A DNA stretch of 62,698 bases from an uncultured Synergistaceae bacterium (GCA_937902895.1 CALELF010000144.1:1-62698), one strand, 5' to 3'. Shown: positions 46,501 through 49,221, counted from the first letter of the stretch. Notes: generated by a model not told the origin, from the sequence alone. Translations and numbers: made by a program.

Positions 46501-49173
46501 GATAAAGATTCAGATGATAATGATATAGTTTATTGTACTATAGCGGACCTAGGTGTCGTCAGTGACATGCTGAAGATAAAAGATGGTGCCCTTAACGTGG
46601 AAGAAACATTTAGCAATATACTTGCTCATTCTGGTTTAGGAGCAGGATCTGCTGATCCTAATGAAGCTCTCAAACAATGGATTGAGGGTGGTAAAGGCAT
46701 AAAACCAAGTGATGACTTCCTTGATATAATTGCCCTCACATACGATAGCAATGGCGCTGTTGTTGGCTTTAATAAGACACTTACTGTCTCCAATATGCTT
46801 AATAAGGCATTTATGGAAGCACCAAAAGCAAAGGATATACCTGAAGTTGTGATAGTTGATGGCAAGATTGATATAGACCAAACCCTTAAGGCAGTTCTCC
46901 GAGCAACGCTTAATGATAACAAACAAGCTATTATGGAGGGACTTAAGAGAAATAATGGAAAATATCTTGCAAGCACTGCTACTGACATTGATGACGACGC
47001 CCTTGAGAAAATAATGGATAAGGCATTTGCCATAGATTACCACGGTAACGTCATGGCAAAGAACATCTACCAGACAGTTGAGGGTGGAAGTATTGCTAGT
47101 ATGGATGCAGATGGCAACCTTGTCTTAAATGCCTCTGAGAATACTGAAGGTCTTAAGAAGCTAAACGCACTTGAGAACTGGAAGAACAGATTAGTTGCAG
47201 ATGAGAACATTGAGTTGTATGTTGGCAAGGGCGACTTGATCATCGATTCTGAAGTCAACGCTGGCAAGAAACTCTTTGCAAAAGCTGCTGATGGTGACCT
47301 CCATGTCAAGTGGTACATCCAGGCCCACAACGAAAACAATGATGCGATGGTTGAGCTTGAAACTGGTGGCAACGGTGACATTGAAATCGACTGGAACGGT
47401 GCTGATTTACAGACAAAACTCAGCATTGACATGGACACAGAAGCCGCAACAAAATCATTGCAGCAGATACAGAATATCTTGACCGGTGATATGCTTGATA
47501 AAGATTCTAAGTCAATATTGTACACAAAACTCAGCGAAGTATTAGCAGTTCTCTACTTTGCTAAAAAGTCAACATCTACTCAGCAAGCTGCAGTTCGTGG
47601 TGTAACAGGTAATAGCCGTAGTGACTTCTGGAGTGCACTTGAAGGTACAATGGATAATGATTCTTCCTTGGCTACCTTGAAAACTGTATTTGGTAAGTTA
47701 AAGAATGGAGAATCTATAACATCAGACGAAAAACAGAAGTATCAGACAATTGTTGCTGATATAATGGCAAGTTGGGACGATATCAAGACCCCTGCACAAG
47801 AACTCTTAGCAACACTTAAGGGGAAAGAAGGTACCACATCAGCTCTTGGAGATGACCTCTTTGCCGTTGACAAGAGTAACCATGCAGACTACAGCTACGC
47901 AATCATTGCAGACAAACTCCAGCTTACAGTTGGTGGCGAGTCTAATGATCCAAGCGACAAGAAGATAAAGATTGACGGTGACATCCTTGTTTATGACTAC
48001 TATGGTGTTGCAGCAAGACAGACAGTTTCAAACTTTGTTGACCAGATGAATGGTGCAGATGACGTAGCATTTAATCTTTCACTCAAGGGAGCTAAGAAAA
48101 AAGATGGCACCTTTGGCAGAATGGAATCCTATGACATGTATAACCTACGTTCAAGACTGCATGTTGACTTCGACGAAGTTGTACAGCATGATGGTTGGAA
48201 GAACGCTTATGGTTACAACAGCTCCTACATTGGCAACACGAAACTAAATAATGCTTCTGTCTATATTGACCCAGCTACTGGAATGCAGTATGAACTCAAT
48301 GCAGACAGATTTGCAGAAAACCACGAGGGTGCAATCAGATCACGTCACGCTGGATTCAATATAGTTGATTTTGCAATAGAGAGAACCAACTTTAACCTTG
48401 AAACCTTGGCAGATCACATTGAGCTCGAAGGGCTTTCTGTTGGAACAGACATGTTCATAGCTTTGGCAGATGAATATGACATTGGTGGCTTAAGAGGTAA
48501 CGACAGATTCTTTAACGTCGCAGTTATCTACGGTGACACGTGGACTGGTCTCATTCCAGAGAGATTCCGCCACAATGGTGTTAATGCATACTTTATAGAC
48601 AGAGACCACAGTGTGACTCATACCTTGAAAATCTACAGAGAAGGTAACTTGTTTGTAACAGACATGGTTGCAATGGATAAAACACCAGGTGCTGTCATAC
48701 GTGACCTTAATGGCAAAGAAGTTCGCACCGCTCTTGAAATTGCTGCTATGAACGATAGCACCATCAGAGCAACTGTCAGCGATAAACTTAACGCATCAAA
48801 GAAATTTGATTCTGAAAAAGAATTAAATAAGAAAGATTCTGCAATTACCACAACAGATGAGTTGGTGATAGTTGATGGTGTTAAGGTCAAGCCATTGAAG
48901 GAAGAGCAATACATTAGCACTGTTAATGTTGAAGGTCTTGGCGTTATCTTGTCAAAGGATGCGGATATTACGATTGAAATCGACGGTAAGATAGTTGAAC
49001 TTACTCCAGAACAAGCAGCAGAAAAGAGAGTAAGAAAGACAAATGGTGAAGGAAACATTGAAGCAAATTCCGAAGAAAATGCTTCCAATGTCCTTGGCAA
49101 CAGCAAGAGATGGGACGCAAATCTCTTAAAGCCAGCCAAAAATTCAATTACCGGACGTTTGATCACTCGTTAA
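19489..49173 (+). CDS. Giant secreted filamentous-haemagglutinin / leukotoxin-LktA-like exoprotein (TpsA type), 9,894 aa
   Basis: The ORF runs for 9,894 codons without interruption. ATG 19489 has a GAAAGGTG RBS 10 nt upstream. There is a Sec signal peptide. Residues ~80-190 (GVNVFKQFDVKKGDVVNMLFQ ... TLINVMRGAKFNIAGEINA ... IGGNMFFLSDKGFVLQQSGVMNVGSLFV) align by eye with the FhaB TPS domain (INWQSFNIG..ATVNF / LNRV.GG..S.I.G.L.ANG.VFLINPNG..FG.GA.V.VG.L). A hairpin terminator starts 15 nt after the TAA. Confidence 0.9.
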   Translation: MKKQQRIVSKFRRVLSILCLIAMLSPDPFVVRAWAATPAAPDVTNIQMDTKFGGNTVKDTGMAPKNNPNGKVLNIEAQQIKDKTGVNVFKQFDVKKGDVVNMLFQKTGSDGVVKSADTLINVMRGAKFNIAGEINALYKKGQIGGNMFFLSDKGFVLQQSGVMNVGSLFVMTPSRSALDEFFSYSANGIKGTTSEGVAGETGALEWAKLANFTKNPTTIALNSSGTITINGTINASADVLARAGHELEVNGLINAGSIVDFSNLVHIPDDLNLSDKTQQTSGKASAFVIGGDSAYISETVAIPGMPKETTYYFKTTSENTEINYKRTLTASTLSSDGKTITRTYTWTSPDGKASFTEQTQVAVATTSNPNPKESHVKYGGTVPSGFNASNYKESYVSETVSNFTTVTPSTSVLMYYTDGTNWYDPSGAVLAEEPTGRQGYSVVTVANKQTNYYTQDGTFVGTIKKELTGTADGKNQTIKDVWTTDNDAYKNVSVVNYTLDTKKETTRVDFGTGVDLEKTKTVIYKDSKGNDKYSQVVVTEKNDVSNAVSLETTTWGDTGAVTKTTRSYSYEAVIIDGGTVKPKNTGAGVLDNIVDTFVSGWGDEEAPTAYIYSKGKWKVELTGAEVTDNDILTTLNDYRTNQESVWSEKINDVIYSVTDVNGTVFNYNKTTNEFSVVQTTDGKEIKTGSYEYVDSLGQKKTATVPTSTSALINLAGKNVTFSDLVQTADTNLGTNLPKKLLAAQTNSDGTLKKDGDNKPQLVKFSGIQGSGNITLSAYAKNNVKNYDEPEAPAEAKLIEKPSDKTIGDAPEAPEKPTAPEKPTNSEGEELTKPEDPNGQPMVGGVENPGEEPQFTLEEPQKPKEFTGKAPEPFTMTEPTKPSDSYYYQHYDDSEAKERYENSTAYKDYLSEKQAYDTAKKAHDEAVIAYDSAKSKYEADLKQYEKDKEDYEATLNMYAFLHAEWVEQKAAYDEAVSKQDEKNKENYVKDWKNYYKALDEWNNGGKEKAEAKYQKDYEDYAKKKAEYDAKVKALADQQKKYTKTATEGLVSQLVEEEVRVHKVDDKDLNVVDANGDYVYEKNSDGTYKVKGDPTDTTTYSGQYTQLVDYLQNSRTDLTMDESVDKSAYKKLVDAGLTKKAQANLTEDVTLYVEARVAGLVSSQSDKIELKTKSETVSYTNTVGADGSVTLQENTKTESYYVYSKGGKFYDKNGKSEYAVKNEDGKFIHKETGEVLPDDADASLRKMKDYTAADEAIQLSRDEIVGVVMTVGTYKDDVTTEANKIRKDKEQAAEIALNAVKSYAQTQVQKTLGSMYVSKDGTKLCNTAEEAGEGAVKAASGTGKDFKLSDNAISYYYNTLYEKDKVSYTNKYVAWQNKHLAWEKKTAAALYNSVDNSTTLKIGADAVIKGTGAVNINATAETNSRMATNSADLIIADKYEYIGTAEAGRTYEITYDDTKLTLTSYKLNDAGERVNVTTEDFTFNEDGTLPGSAASKIAAHKGATISGATVNITSDAKATIEDDGKFAGAAKFAYIFEQYLKGKINSFSTEKITQLFSNLQLSDTDFDAAATAEALIELHDLNPELSFLELIDLAIDGKVTAKATGLEVKIKRPLLTGTVATAYRLIKEKGANPAKWSFNDVKALINNAASEFHNLAVVADAILAVQNVYESYKDFKDLLKSDISNLKNGAANLLHFYNNLGQEVDLTKQEIKDLINSSPDKTALTTYGFTIEQLQKMLNFKDYVDENVEKYNNHQMSQTELVSLIQTNYDSLAKTLGLPVSGNYIDLITGTLDKFKKSYNNIIKDGQKFTDTDALLEDLKTFESKLVGMASSLLAAGAANATNDIIDGVAKDTIEKLADRLDIDVDFAFIDNKSTLTVGEGASISATKKPKYEDVQDTEVYLGTETDDLKYEHKTVSWAFDLIDQVGKDGKYVYNTIKVPQKQLDTSASAADLLSAQLAAANGTQVYLTAGLFGYLTDEEGYLLVKDVNGKNVKLKDSASPNGIKLDTSSAVNLANSLKEALVSHKAAIAEAYLKSGYSGGLISLSNYLTNSVKKASNGLTYATDKNGNFVNSAGSAITNKYYVAGEPNGDGTFKLVEVSDSAASVAGYTLTADMQVTGYHKVVALKAETKDGKTTYSPVYEKDAKGNFANIVGQGVLAEKVYQKMDDDGKVYWARYSNVSNLGAGNFNDEKITFKTQADLDKLVFLNQLGAATGDDAVKYMKSSADSYTPLANIKGTLDAGIDAIAGLLDKLVASINGLTGTDFNSPAKTWNSKYMVYQDSGTTANNTAWTVDQLTGAAKDSKGNPVYVPVMKTVDISGKGYETEAERKAVYANGDKYYSLVGTYDVPAVTSSSFQTLGKVYTSSGNVAKNTKKLGTDYYLADTKGNVVSCATKLAKDSEGKEALYTMQVTVPYIAKGEVPVLDASGKAKTDADGKAITQTSYYYMDAEGNYLKPTTTYYKKEVNGTKVTWTECNEADYKKLSSDNGWAVQTWAKTDKQYTDNTNFASASNSLTTTIKVGDKEVEAFIDNRDTSKSATGLEPLKVTFKAYTTDVDGNFLNSSGKITTSSKEYTEAVLREAKATVNIASNATTTIVIGADAGEARFDADKKEPLTEKTSALPAASVNIASSSNEAILNIKDGATITTKGQATIGANATKTVKTTSKTGSPNIALKTLVKQKNGEAPEGFVEDYAFPIYGTTSVSGDEPIAYACYVDASGEVIPIKKITKDGKESYQLVLDWSKTQEVDDGKGGTKEVHNEYAEKLKKQYVTDAKNKAQTKYINDALDKFKKDPKNKDKYSDKYLSTHPSLWKTEEYGYTSEGLKAAVEAAANKATEAWNEDKKAKDTDKVGVRTAALTITDPKKIIDYLFTYGVNVNTDTAWADIAFNMTTGHNTADVNIGEANISSLGQAGLSVEAKATGNYKAAASANFGTMTALESAINLMFDDSQSNLNVADGAKISSESGNLFVGATTKVKGNEVTTSSGDSTSNKLSDAQYEYYTKKLLDPYLTPTKQEESKTNEPSAAYKLGEKIGETIGEFGSKLFEVVEEKLDDFGNMMKKNFSFGAAVGVVSQEFTSHITIGNNAQITSSKGGVTISAKTDNADTNFKTTGTMIQVTTTENDTPKTVAIETAVLVGNVTQDATLDIEKGATVSGKNVAIKADALKEYTRVEDLIQGIKDQLMILWGTLQDDVSKTAVAKLMTRVNKLIEKGKSKGMMGALSSLNYGDVETVKSWWFEFREINLELSSLKAFTNNHFANTVKAIEDLVDEALKMTDPNNYANYNARTVAGLANNKNQYGKEIEGAAASVNITGSVVVSNDNARAKVNIGKDDGEGTVNISSTKGTTTIAANGAVNSVNFLGNGQSMFEANESQGVGAGASVNVQGSDVVGRVEIGEGTVINSASDLKLEATGNEMLVGAVFGAGKSTTKTTTNNNNNNNNNNNQGDQGGQGGQQSTSEIQGLSIQGMVNVMHGNRDAEVNVAKSSQLTSTTAGVSVNAGSTDYITAASGALAQGDGGSIGAGVAVIDYDLKSLVNFAEDTVVTAKGNTSFTTSQQGAMNTIAIAGAGAPDADGNGALDKLKGGTDSMKKKVTDTFDNLFASADEKALKKKSGEGQTAAQERNEANSGSSTDIGEGLEGAGDLQNQGTDSAKEKASAWAGAGSISINLLTTASKVDIEKAKITVTNGDVTVKASDSNFIGAWAGGGAINVTGNTKNNVGVAGAVALNIIDRTVDAIISQSAINGANNLHINALSAGAAVTAGVALTANTGADGTAAGVEISANVNKVDSTVNAKADRLTVNKVLDDQNINIYSGPDTNLDVIAQTVDTQVTGGITVGVTSGKEKAVGVGVVFTGTFLKNNADARVIGGDYANMGDFVVKSAMAPKQVAAGVGVGVATSGEGQAVAANGVVLVTTTHNKGNAIIEAYHEDEDDEEKAKITASGKVKVDARDSITNEDTNASTIQAQKTDRYLESVGVDADGSNILISQQKGEEQTSDDANLENTKKEVGETGYESALYRKDAADTTRTALTVNAGVVVSVAKGSGDNNSGAGGVAVAVNVMDQSQTAKISGAEINTTSQVKAEADTKSKVVNVAAGAAAASGGENATAVGGSVIVNSMDNKTNATIEKSTIKAGELAAVATNDAIDVNVTGQVSVGKNSAGLSFIYNQNSSAANAKVSANTITFTDPTGLSNLPSSFDSLTVKAANMAGLYSVALQGSGSTGGNVSVSGVVAVNVGTQDAEASLEGEAENKKSVITNVGDVKVTADNSSKEYAIAGNAAVGTSKVAAGAGVAYNDIGGSGTGDAKQKAVATLSNVKFTNPVENSSVDVISKDDGKILAVAAGVSIAGVSETSSGLNVAAQGSAGVALVNKDTASTVKNIEYENDDTNFHIVSENNSDERTAAVVIAAATGLSGVAGGAALGVNRIISNTTAQVIGSTISAKNLETKSTADADILNIAIGAAYAGGSAAVAGSFGINLIEENVYAKINNSTINALGNVAAVSQSDERIRNFAGAIALSAGAAAVGANVAVNQINGKTGTEVDGSVVNAEGEDEEYVTHGKIAYGELDASEGRSDDGMSSSKAQSVEKFQIKDFERGDVKNKGFIADSSSTHAIQAVLVTAGGADSAAVELGTDVNLVKGYTKTLVQNTNINTDPTKAGAVAIRATDFTNSYSFLVNAGAATTAAVAGAGSGHAISRDVTANLTGTSLKTVNAKDFEIASLVNSGISSFGLSIAVAGSVGVGAAASVAKLTANVGTGIENYNINTTGDAKVTSNRTTAIGQGANAGGAGGSVGVGAAVSVIVEDGTQYTTIKDSNIISGGELKVAASNTTRIFEEVVGAGLAGAVGVTGVVGVNNFTNSVDVKITSSVLEAKDDVNVNARNNVKMETYGGMLAGGVTAGVGATVFVNHINANTRVAADDSTITSTLGDVLIDATEARTLNGVVVGAAIAGTAGVNCNVFYTAIGSTEVAQTTYDEYQVVSTDSEDEKKQQAQANAALAKLEEADGSGENSTASRVATGQANANTVTNKSFQAAGFVQQNKDGSSKSGMSSSEAAAIAGAISTDATKTVKTTTTTSSYAQQTSVSLNSSVVTSAKKNVKVSTTSDTNVEANTGGAAGAGVAGVGISIDILDVRANSIIDINKSDVIAAGDVDIKNNVTSSKGINLRNVQGTVGGIAGVGVTLGKLDIANNQMINIHEATIASSKPAYSTKTLTAEDITRLGNSGVATVYARMRRSTDMNGYMINEQGQHLDADGNVTTDSSKYVKSDTEYVFDCFVDANGYKVDFEGNYILDSDGKRINIASDSATYTEDAAGNIINSDKYIAGKRYIDANGEEKIQPLELADGQGSGIADMRYYLGEVAGAFGYQFDKDSDGNTVAYLTNANGIYVDKNGAPIEAYEKYMPVYNTDATSEDYGKITGYNQISYDETLKKNVLTPITVAQYEVILAEGAAARVKYRELEHSGGSVTVASNDTTKAELNVDAVAGGFVGIGSTFAVLTKASNSSINISGNTVMSADGDIDVRAENNSSAKSNFIGGAGGAVAGSVGLAFLKDTSNTEVEIMQNNQRAANDPKLPFLKGNSNENSVTALTALGNLNIVASNNPHNSVRAISVAGGAIAGIVVTAFNFNTLGSTIKADNYNTIAGNKVNVNATVGDASGNDYTSKVFVVAAAGGAIAVGVNVALANTKSNVSVDLGNTDFRLYQGLVDTDVTLSAQNYALQDMSITSVTGGAIASGSNIVIARNTGTVKASLGDGSAEQSSDPLGATRATNLTVAAGNNAQNKINASGNSGGYIAVSPFAAFVSAKLEGDTEIDLKGKIDVDNNLNVDKTSLYTSNIKAWTLAVGKFAGAGAFAFNTINADQGANSGVNVLGNITAKNANITSTNSFSVNRAKGYEQTASGLILTYGLGIGGLASAITARSNSDVNFKAGSSLTTDGNQTIIARTLGDINNDTNGDATGLIAASASVSKANVKFDQGVNIEQGASLKDKHIASDESDLSHLTITAYNDTNLSNYAYSASYGGVALSISTSLNDVKRNNKVNIAGSVFTYGDAKIYTGLDTTAHLQNFKADMRAIAAAEAIIGIPVPVSNRTFTFSNLVNITGTGSVLAGQDINITTTDGLESVYYDATAKTLYGGGQTAKLVGNVHGDDVAQYKGKTSTNEVTVDGIVKTGLIKSLDITIADDANGGKLLDGYSYDQAGTNNGGYKLSIVAKTTDENGSDLLLDEEGYVLDSEGHRTDKQVDNALINEIKNNSQYYEYKYAESLYSRYTEINSALASTTLTKAERLALQAERDSLVAKLTPFCNTNTDGTLELVAESSIPAFKLADFQISNGSVYITTDKIKGSNGGTGKIMSVATEDINITDSSNAYLVIGNIGILGNAGHVYVRDAEMRKVYKNYNDTNAALTTANGKISNVAMYASISNNSVPDLTITKNYTGEVSKQVYFAKQDVSQDDPTVSGSEKEYTVKHAFAPTLHVAGRISNMSGNVTLDNSGSAGAGEVKVAAIGELGYDEAVISSLKTSIIAKNVEIGYSAGTYNVAGDPRMASGVQDLWHTGDYSINNFIGEGQGYKFGDKKTYTAQTSKSTTSDTTSGIMALESVRISSEVINVNGRIQSGINRHTATIDSVKENGNIVTFAFTPVDTKANVSYDKANAANLAAEELQKKYNDANGEKGTTYKFSSYKSGDKYYIKAEAVIDTSVASNSSEGYVINQGGLKNNGSSYVNEIQLYYDKATKSVKMQDIASKGGEVTLIGNIVSTGNGEIVVASGAATIDVTNDTNYTLKAGEIDNQGGYGKISLTDAQQNVKTQLYYSDGNNIAYGTVVKLGGNVDTHGVKSDKLLLAIEDGAVTRGTTNDVKDYITFTSENGKITSANFLPEKNSALSWSDSRVTDFSVAETEYKRKKWVFGWRDKSGWEYQYTTSKRTDAGDSNTPTDPSKLEDLTLTKRDFGDKDFAADVSSEATSSTKDSGSYTPGTDGYKLGKKEEPGWSKGWATRRTYRRDLVYSTRREYDVTYTLKADSSIKLSSLGNYNLAAEKNKGLSANMISLKSGGNIELTGNITSAGDAKFKADATGSITQSNGRTLVGQDIDLNASTGSIGTVTDDTYEGSKAGAISIVSNDTHYTLDADNNKVADGVVDLKAKASSDLNVDVRNGSVSKDVYAIDYETGNIYLDVAATKDATLTAAANLKLDNVTAGERAVITAEKDIKGTNAFKTQLGKDETAKADLTARRINVASEDGSIKLNVNAGQEITNSGASSLSASLNAQADGNVELRQVSGNMRLGTVYSENGNVTLRAEDTDAGLIVDVLPSTATVYDSAAEDSVKKWQDTGLLGSDDIILPGGKAKASLKDRMDAYEAGTVTAEEAGLTAYEKKLIDDKLAFIADRTNEYNEYIAALNAHEGKVKSYEANIELKFNSYKAAEADYQAKHAAWVAAGGTGDEPQRSESLKALKAQFTKAGTTDQVYADADAYIADNPYKDTVLESYQYSRAQKLDANGNLLYTKGGEEYYIKETNNFTLTFTKTAGTGDDSYTSFGDLNGAVTTLNENAPEGTSYRLVRVGYADNKDIYEIEQAQVVEVDGKSTTQRTSYATYNFSREMGTSTQTVYKADGTEASDVSAADLTPTYVYKSRFEQIDNVAADGTVTLKSVNLIKDAKGNITGTSLYKNAQAYYNAGENGAALAKLSATPNYKATKDKLLYAVEDSIIHKKAGQSSDIEVKQANVSAKNIDIRAKGIGYANVDARVIEVTDDTKSDDLKLLANTPSVDVVAEVTYGYQLDENGNKISRENLSNSTTGEQFSKLSASEKADIDAYNQTLAEAGLEAIDYENYLVTQDITKFYVAGKRTLGLNLVDQTNGKITIEATGSKAGKNAKEAGAAGDVFIASRDLDATTTAGEALYFDKVNATDAVRILGKNGVYAKDGAIFTANSFYIEGGQGGIGGAGNALALNFIGSNNTRYAYLNAASDIFVKNATIDKSDFVLLGVATNGSFDIDACGTRVVMTDTVNNTALRKSVLRYFDESDIEGVNFLNSYDYIAANTITIGNYTGIGNGKGMANALRVSINPGNTNHQNILNFGTASMSNNSGNIYVYGMGNTTDTLRLADVKYTASGKTQNISLESQGNIELKGEIAKVKNLELEAKSNVKFAGHTSIKTDLENLTVKALNGGIADDFDTVGTGADSIYVTPAIYAKNVTLEARNGAIALGARNIDPNVNDEFVYGDYKWGNTKIAAKGDVRIHANAYDANGVNITAIDKFSDLDPTKIFTGNLSFSTNTNMSIKDIKSAANLTATIKATQTLDENGKPTIVDKYNEFGQKDGFVYETKKTTGASMSIDNVLIGSENAKNGTMKVLVENKAEDATVSVKNAGGYKLHLRTDAKGTKADINYDASKFVVDDIEAYGFVEMLIELFGATPDFNLSTLAAEYLTIRSNVDGLKLGLTNGNGTNQVRTLRSLIIDAWGEASEIALADVLATEFIQVNTHNTTGSRVTLGNVKVAGTPKPGYESDPVVGGIEAIAESLVMSGDIIASDYIKTSSQALLASGATLQAGDGGIDLKVATQKSGVIPGTSALVDADGKIYDNRRNQIGEFTAIAGKSLTYGDAIFENVTIDSADKLAVNAKGDISVTNDEEGTVSAVKNATFTAGDNATFNNVSLTSTAGASTVTASAGKASFDNTSLTSAGAMTVKAGTDATFNNTSLDSGDKLTVDATKDISVIGNSNVVSLNDATFNAGKGGNIQFNSTFNFGKDDYTADLYMKAGHSITTTENLEFKGELSQILTDAATDDQAISNAESIRVAKLTQTSNGGTITNNSQVRATNGDIIQKIAKNGVIDNKSLVYAEKGSITQNANSIKNNNSSSVDDSLALFAKKNITQTTNGNGEIINNGMTIAREGNITQTVNGDGVIYNKSHVLAGRGSADTLFVASGDIRQTIKGDGNIIHGTGASTEVDKSSEKVIFNEDGSVNTLATVVLLALNGSDDNNNNNNNNNNNNGGSNKDISGKTAQLGLRLNGDGTLNKVLTIIGLAGKDKDSDDNDIVYCTIADLGVVSDMLKIKDGALNVEETFSNILAHSGLGAGSADPNEALKQWIEGGKGIKPSDDFLDIIALTYDSNGAVVGFNKTLTVSNMLNKAFMEAPKAKDIPEVVIVDGKIDIDQTLKAVLRATLNDNKQAIMEGLKRNNGKYLASTATDIDDDALEKIMDKAFAIDYHGNVMAKNIYQTVEGGSIASMDADGNLVLNASENTEGLKKLNALENWKNRLVADENIELYVGKGDLIIDSEVNAGKKLFAKAADGDLHVKWYIQAHNENNDAMVELETGGNGDIEIDWNGADLQTKLSIDMDTEAATKSLQQIQNILTGDMLDKDSKSILYTKLSEVLAVLYFAKKSTSTQQAAVRGVTGNSRSDFWSALEGTMDNDSSLATLKTVFGKLKNGESITSDEKQKYQTIVADIMASWDDIKTPAQELLATLKGKEGTTSALGDDLFAVDKSNHADYSYAIIADKLQLTVGGESNDPSDKKIKIDGDILVYDYYGVAARQTVSNFVDQMNGADDVAFNLSLKGAKKKDGTFGRMESYDMYNLRSRLHVDFDEVVQHDGWKNAYGYNSSYIGNTKLNNASVYIDPATGMQYELNADRFAENHEGAIRSRHAGFNIVDFAIERTNFNLETLADHIELEGLSVGTDMFIALADEYDIGGLRGNDRFFNVAVIYGDTWTGLIPERFRHNGVNAYFIDRDHSVTHTLKIYREGNLFVTDMVAMDKTPGAVIRDLNGKEVRTALEIAAMNDSTIRATVSDKLNASKKFDSEKELNKKDSAITTTDELVIVDGVKVKPLKEEQYISTVNVEGLGVILSKDADITIEIDGKIVELTPEQAAEKRVRKTNGEGNIEANSEENASNVLGNSKRWDANLLKPAKNSITGRLITR
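19594..20300 (+). other. TPS (haemagglutination-activity) secretion-domain-like region (aa ~36-270)
   Basis: See the by-eye alignment under the CDS. The canonical NPNG/NPNL motifs are replaced (FFLSDKGFV). Confidence 0.6.
21850..22137 (+). other. Pro/Glu/Lys-rich linker (aa 788-883)
   Basis: EPEAPAEAKLIEKPSDKTIGDAPEAPEKPTAPEKPTNSEGEELTKPEDPNGQP...EEPQKPKEFTGKAPEPFTMTEPTKPSD. Confidence 0.85.
22138..22608 (+). other. Tyr/Lys/Glu/Ala-rich helical region resembling the antigen I/II A-repeats (aa 884-1040)
   Basis: The region contains ...AYDSAKSKYEADLKQYEKDKEDYEATL...QKAAYDEAVSKQDEKNKENY...AEAKYQKDYEDYAKKKAEYDAKVKALADQQKKY. Compare, from memory, the S. mutans SpaP A-repeats: KAAYEAAVAANNAKN, LKQYEADL, AEYETKLAQYQ. 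Confidence 0.5.
29390..37630 (+). repeat. Gly/Ala/Val-rich degenerate beta-helix repeat core (aa ~3300-6050), with insertions
   Basis: There are dozens of degenerate units of the form G.(A/G)(A/V)GV(A/G)V.VN....N.T.A.I..S.I.A.G.V.V.A, for example AGGVAVAVNVMDQSQTAKISGAEINTTSQVKAEA, AVGGSVIVNSMDNKTNATIEKSTIKAGELAAVA and GAAVSVIVEDGTQYTTIKDSNIISGGELKVAA. Confidence 0.75.
29776..29808 (+). repeat. Poly-Asn tract N11 (aa 3430-3440), followed by QGDQGGQGGQQ
   Basis: Codons are AAC AAC AAC AAT AAT AAT AAC AAC AAT AAT AAC, read directly. Confidence 0.95.
41551..41820 (+). other. Second antigen I/II A-repeat-like helical segment (aa ~7355-7444)
   Basis: AYEKKLIDDKLAFIADRTNEYNEYIAALNAHEGKVKSYEANIELKFNSYKAAEADYQAKHAAWVAAGG. 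It contains the heptapeptide EADYQAK found in SpaP A-repeats, as I recall them. Confidence 0.45.
45240..45660 (+). repeat. Tandem units of about 20 aa / 60 nt (FHA-type beta-helix rungs)
   Basis: The protein reads AGDNATFNNVSLTSTAGASTVTAS / AGKASFDNTSLTSAGAMTVK / AGTDATFNNTSLDSGDKLTVDA / ...DATFNAGKGG. The DNA motif GCAACCTTCAACAAT recurs at 45364 and 45496. Confidence 0.75.
46357..46392 (+). repeat. Poly-Asn tract N12 (aa 8957-8968)
   Basis: Codons are AAT AAC AAC AAT AAC AAT AAT AAC AAT AAT AAC AAT, flanked by GSDD and GGSNKD. Confidence 0.95.
47990..49170 (+). other. Non-repetitive C-terminal region (about 390 aa) of unknown function
   Basis: The composition switches to a globular mix of aromatic, charged and His residues (DYYGVAARQTVSNFVDQMNG ... 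HDGWKNAYGYNSSYIGN ... RFAENHEGAIRSRHAGFNIVDFAIERTNF ... FRHNGVNAYFIDRDHSVTHTLKIYREGNLFVTDMVAMD). The protein ends ...SITGRLITR. Confidence 0.5.
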
Positions 49174-49187
49174 TCCTGTAAACAAAA

Positions 49188-49221
49188 ATAGACGGACACT
49201 TATGTGTCCGTCTATTTTTTG
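49188..49221 (+). terminator. Rho-independent terminator of the giant gene
   Basis: A perfect 12-bp stem ATAGACGGACAC (49188-49199) pairs with GTGTCCGTCTAT (49204-49215) around the loop TTAT, followed by TTTTT. Confidence 0.85.

Noticed and set aside
19446-49166. Dozens of 60-200-aa ORFs on the - strand and in off-frames inside the giant gene (for example 30333-30845, 32550-33149, 33747-34118, 35733-36143, 45159-45653, 46626-47043, 47067-47525, 48633-49166).
   Set aside because: They are Ala/Pro/Ser/Thr/Val low-complexity mirror images of the GNN/ANN-rich sense frame. They lack RBSs and lie wholly inside a 9,894-codon ORF with clear coding character. These are shadow ORFs.
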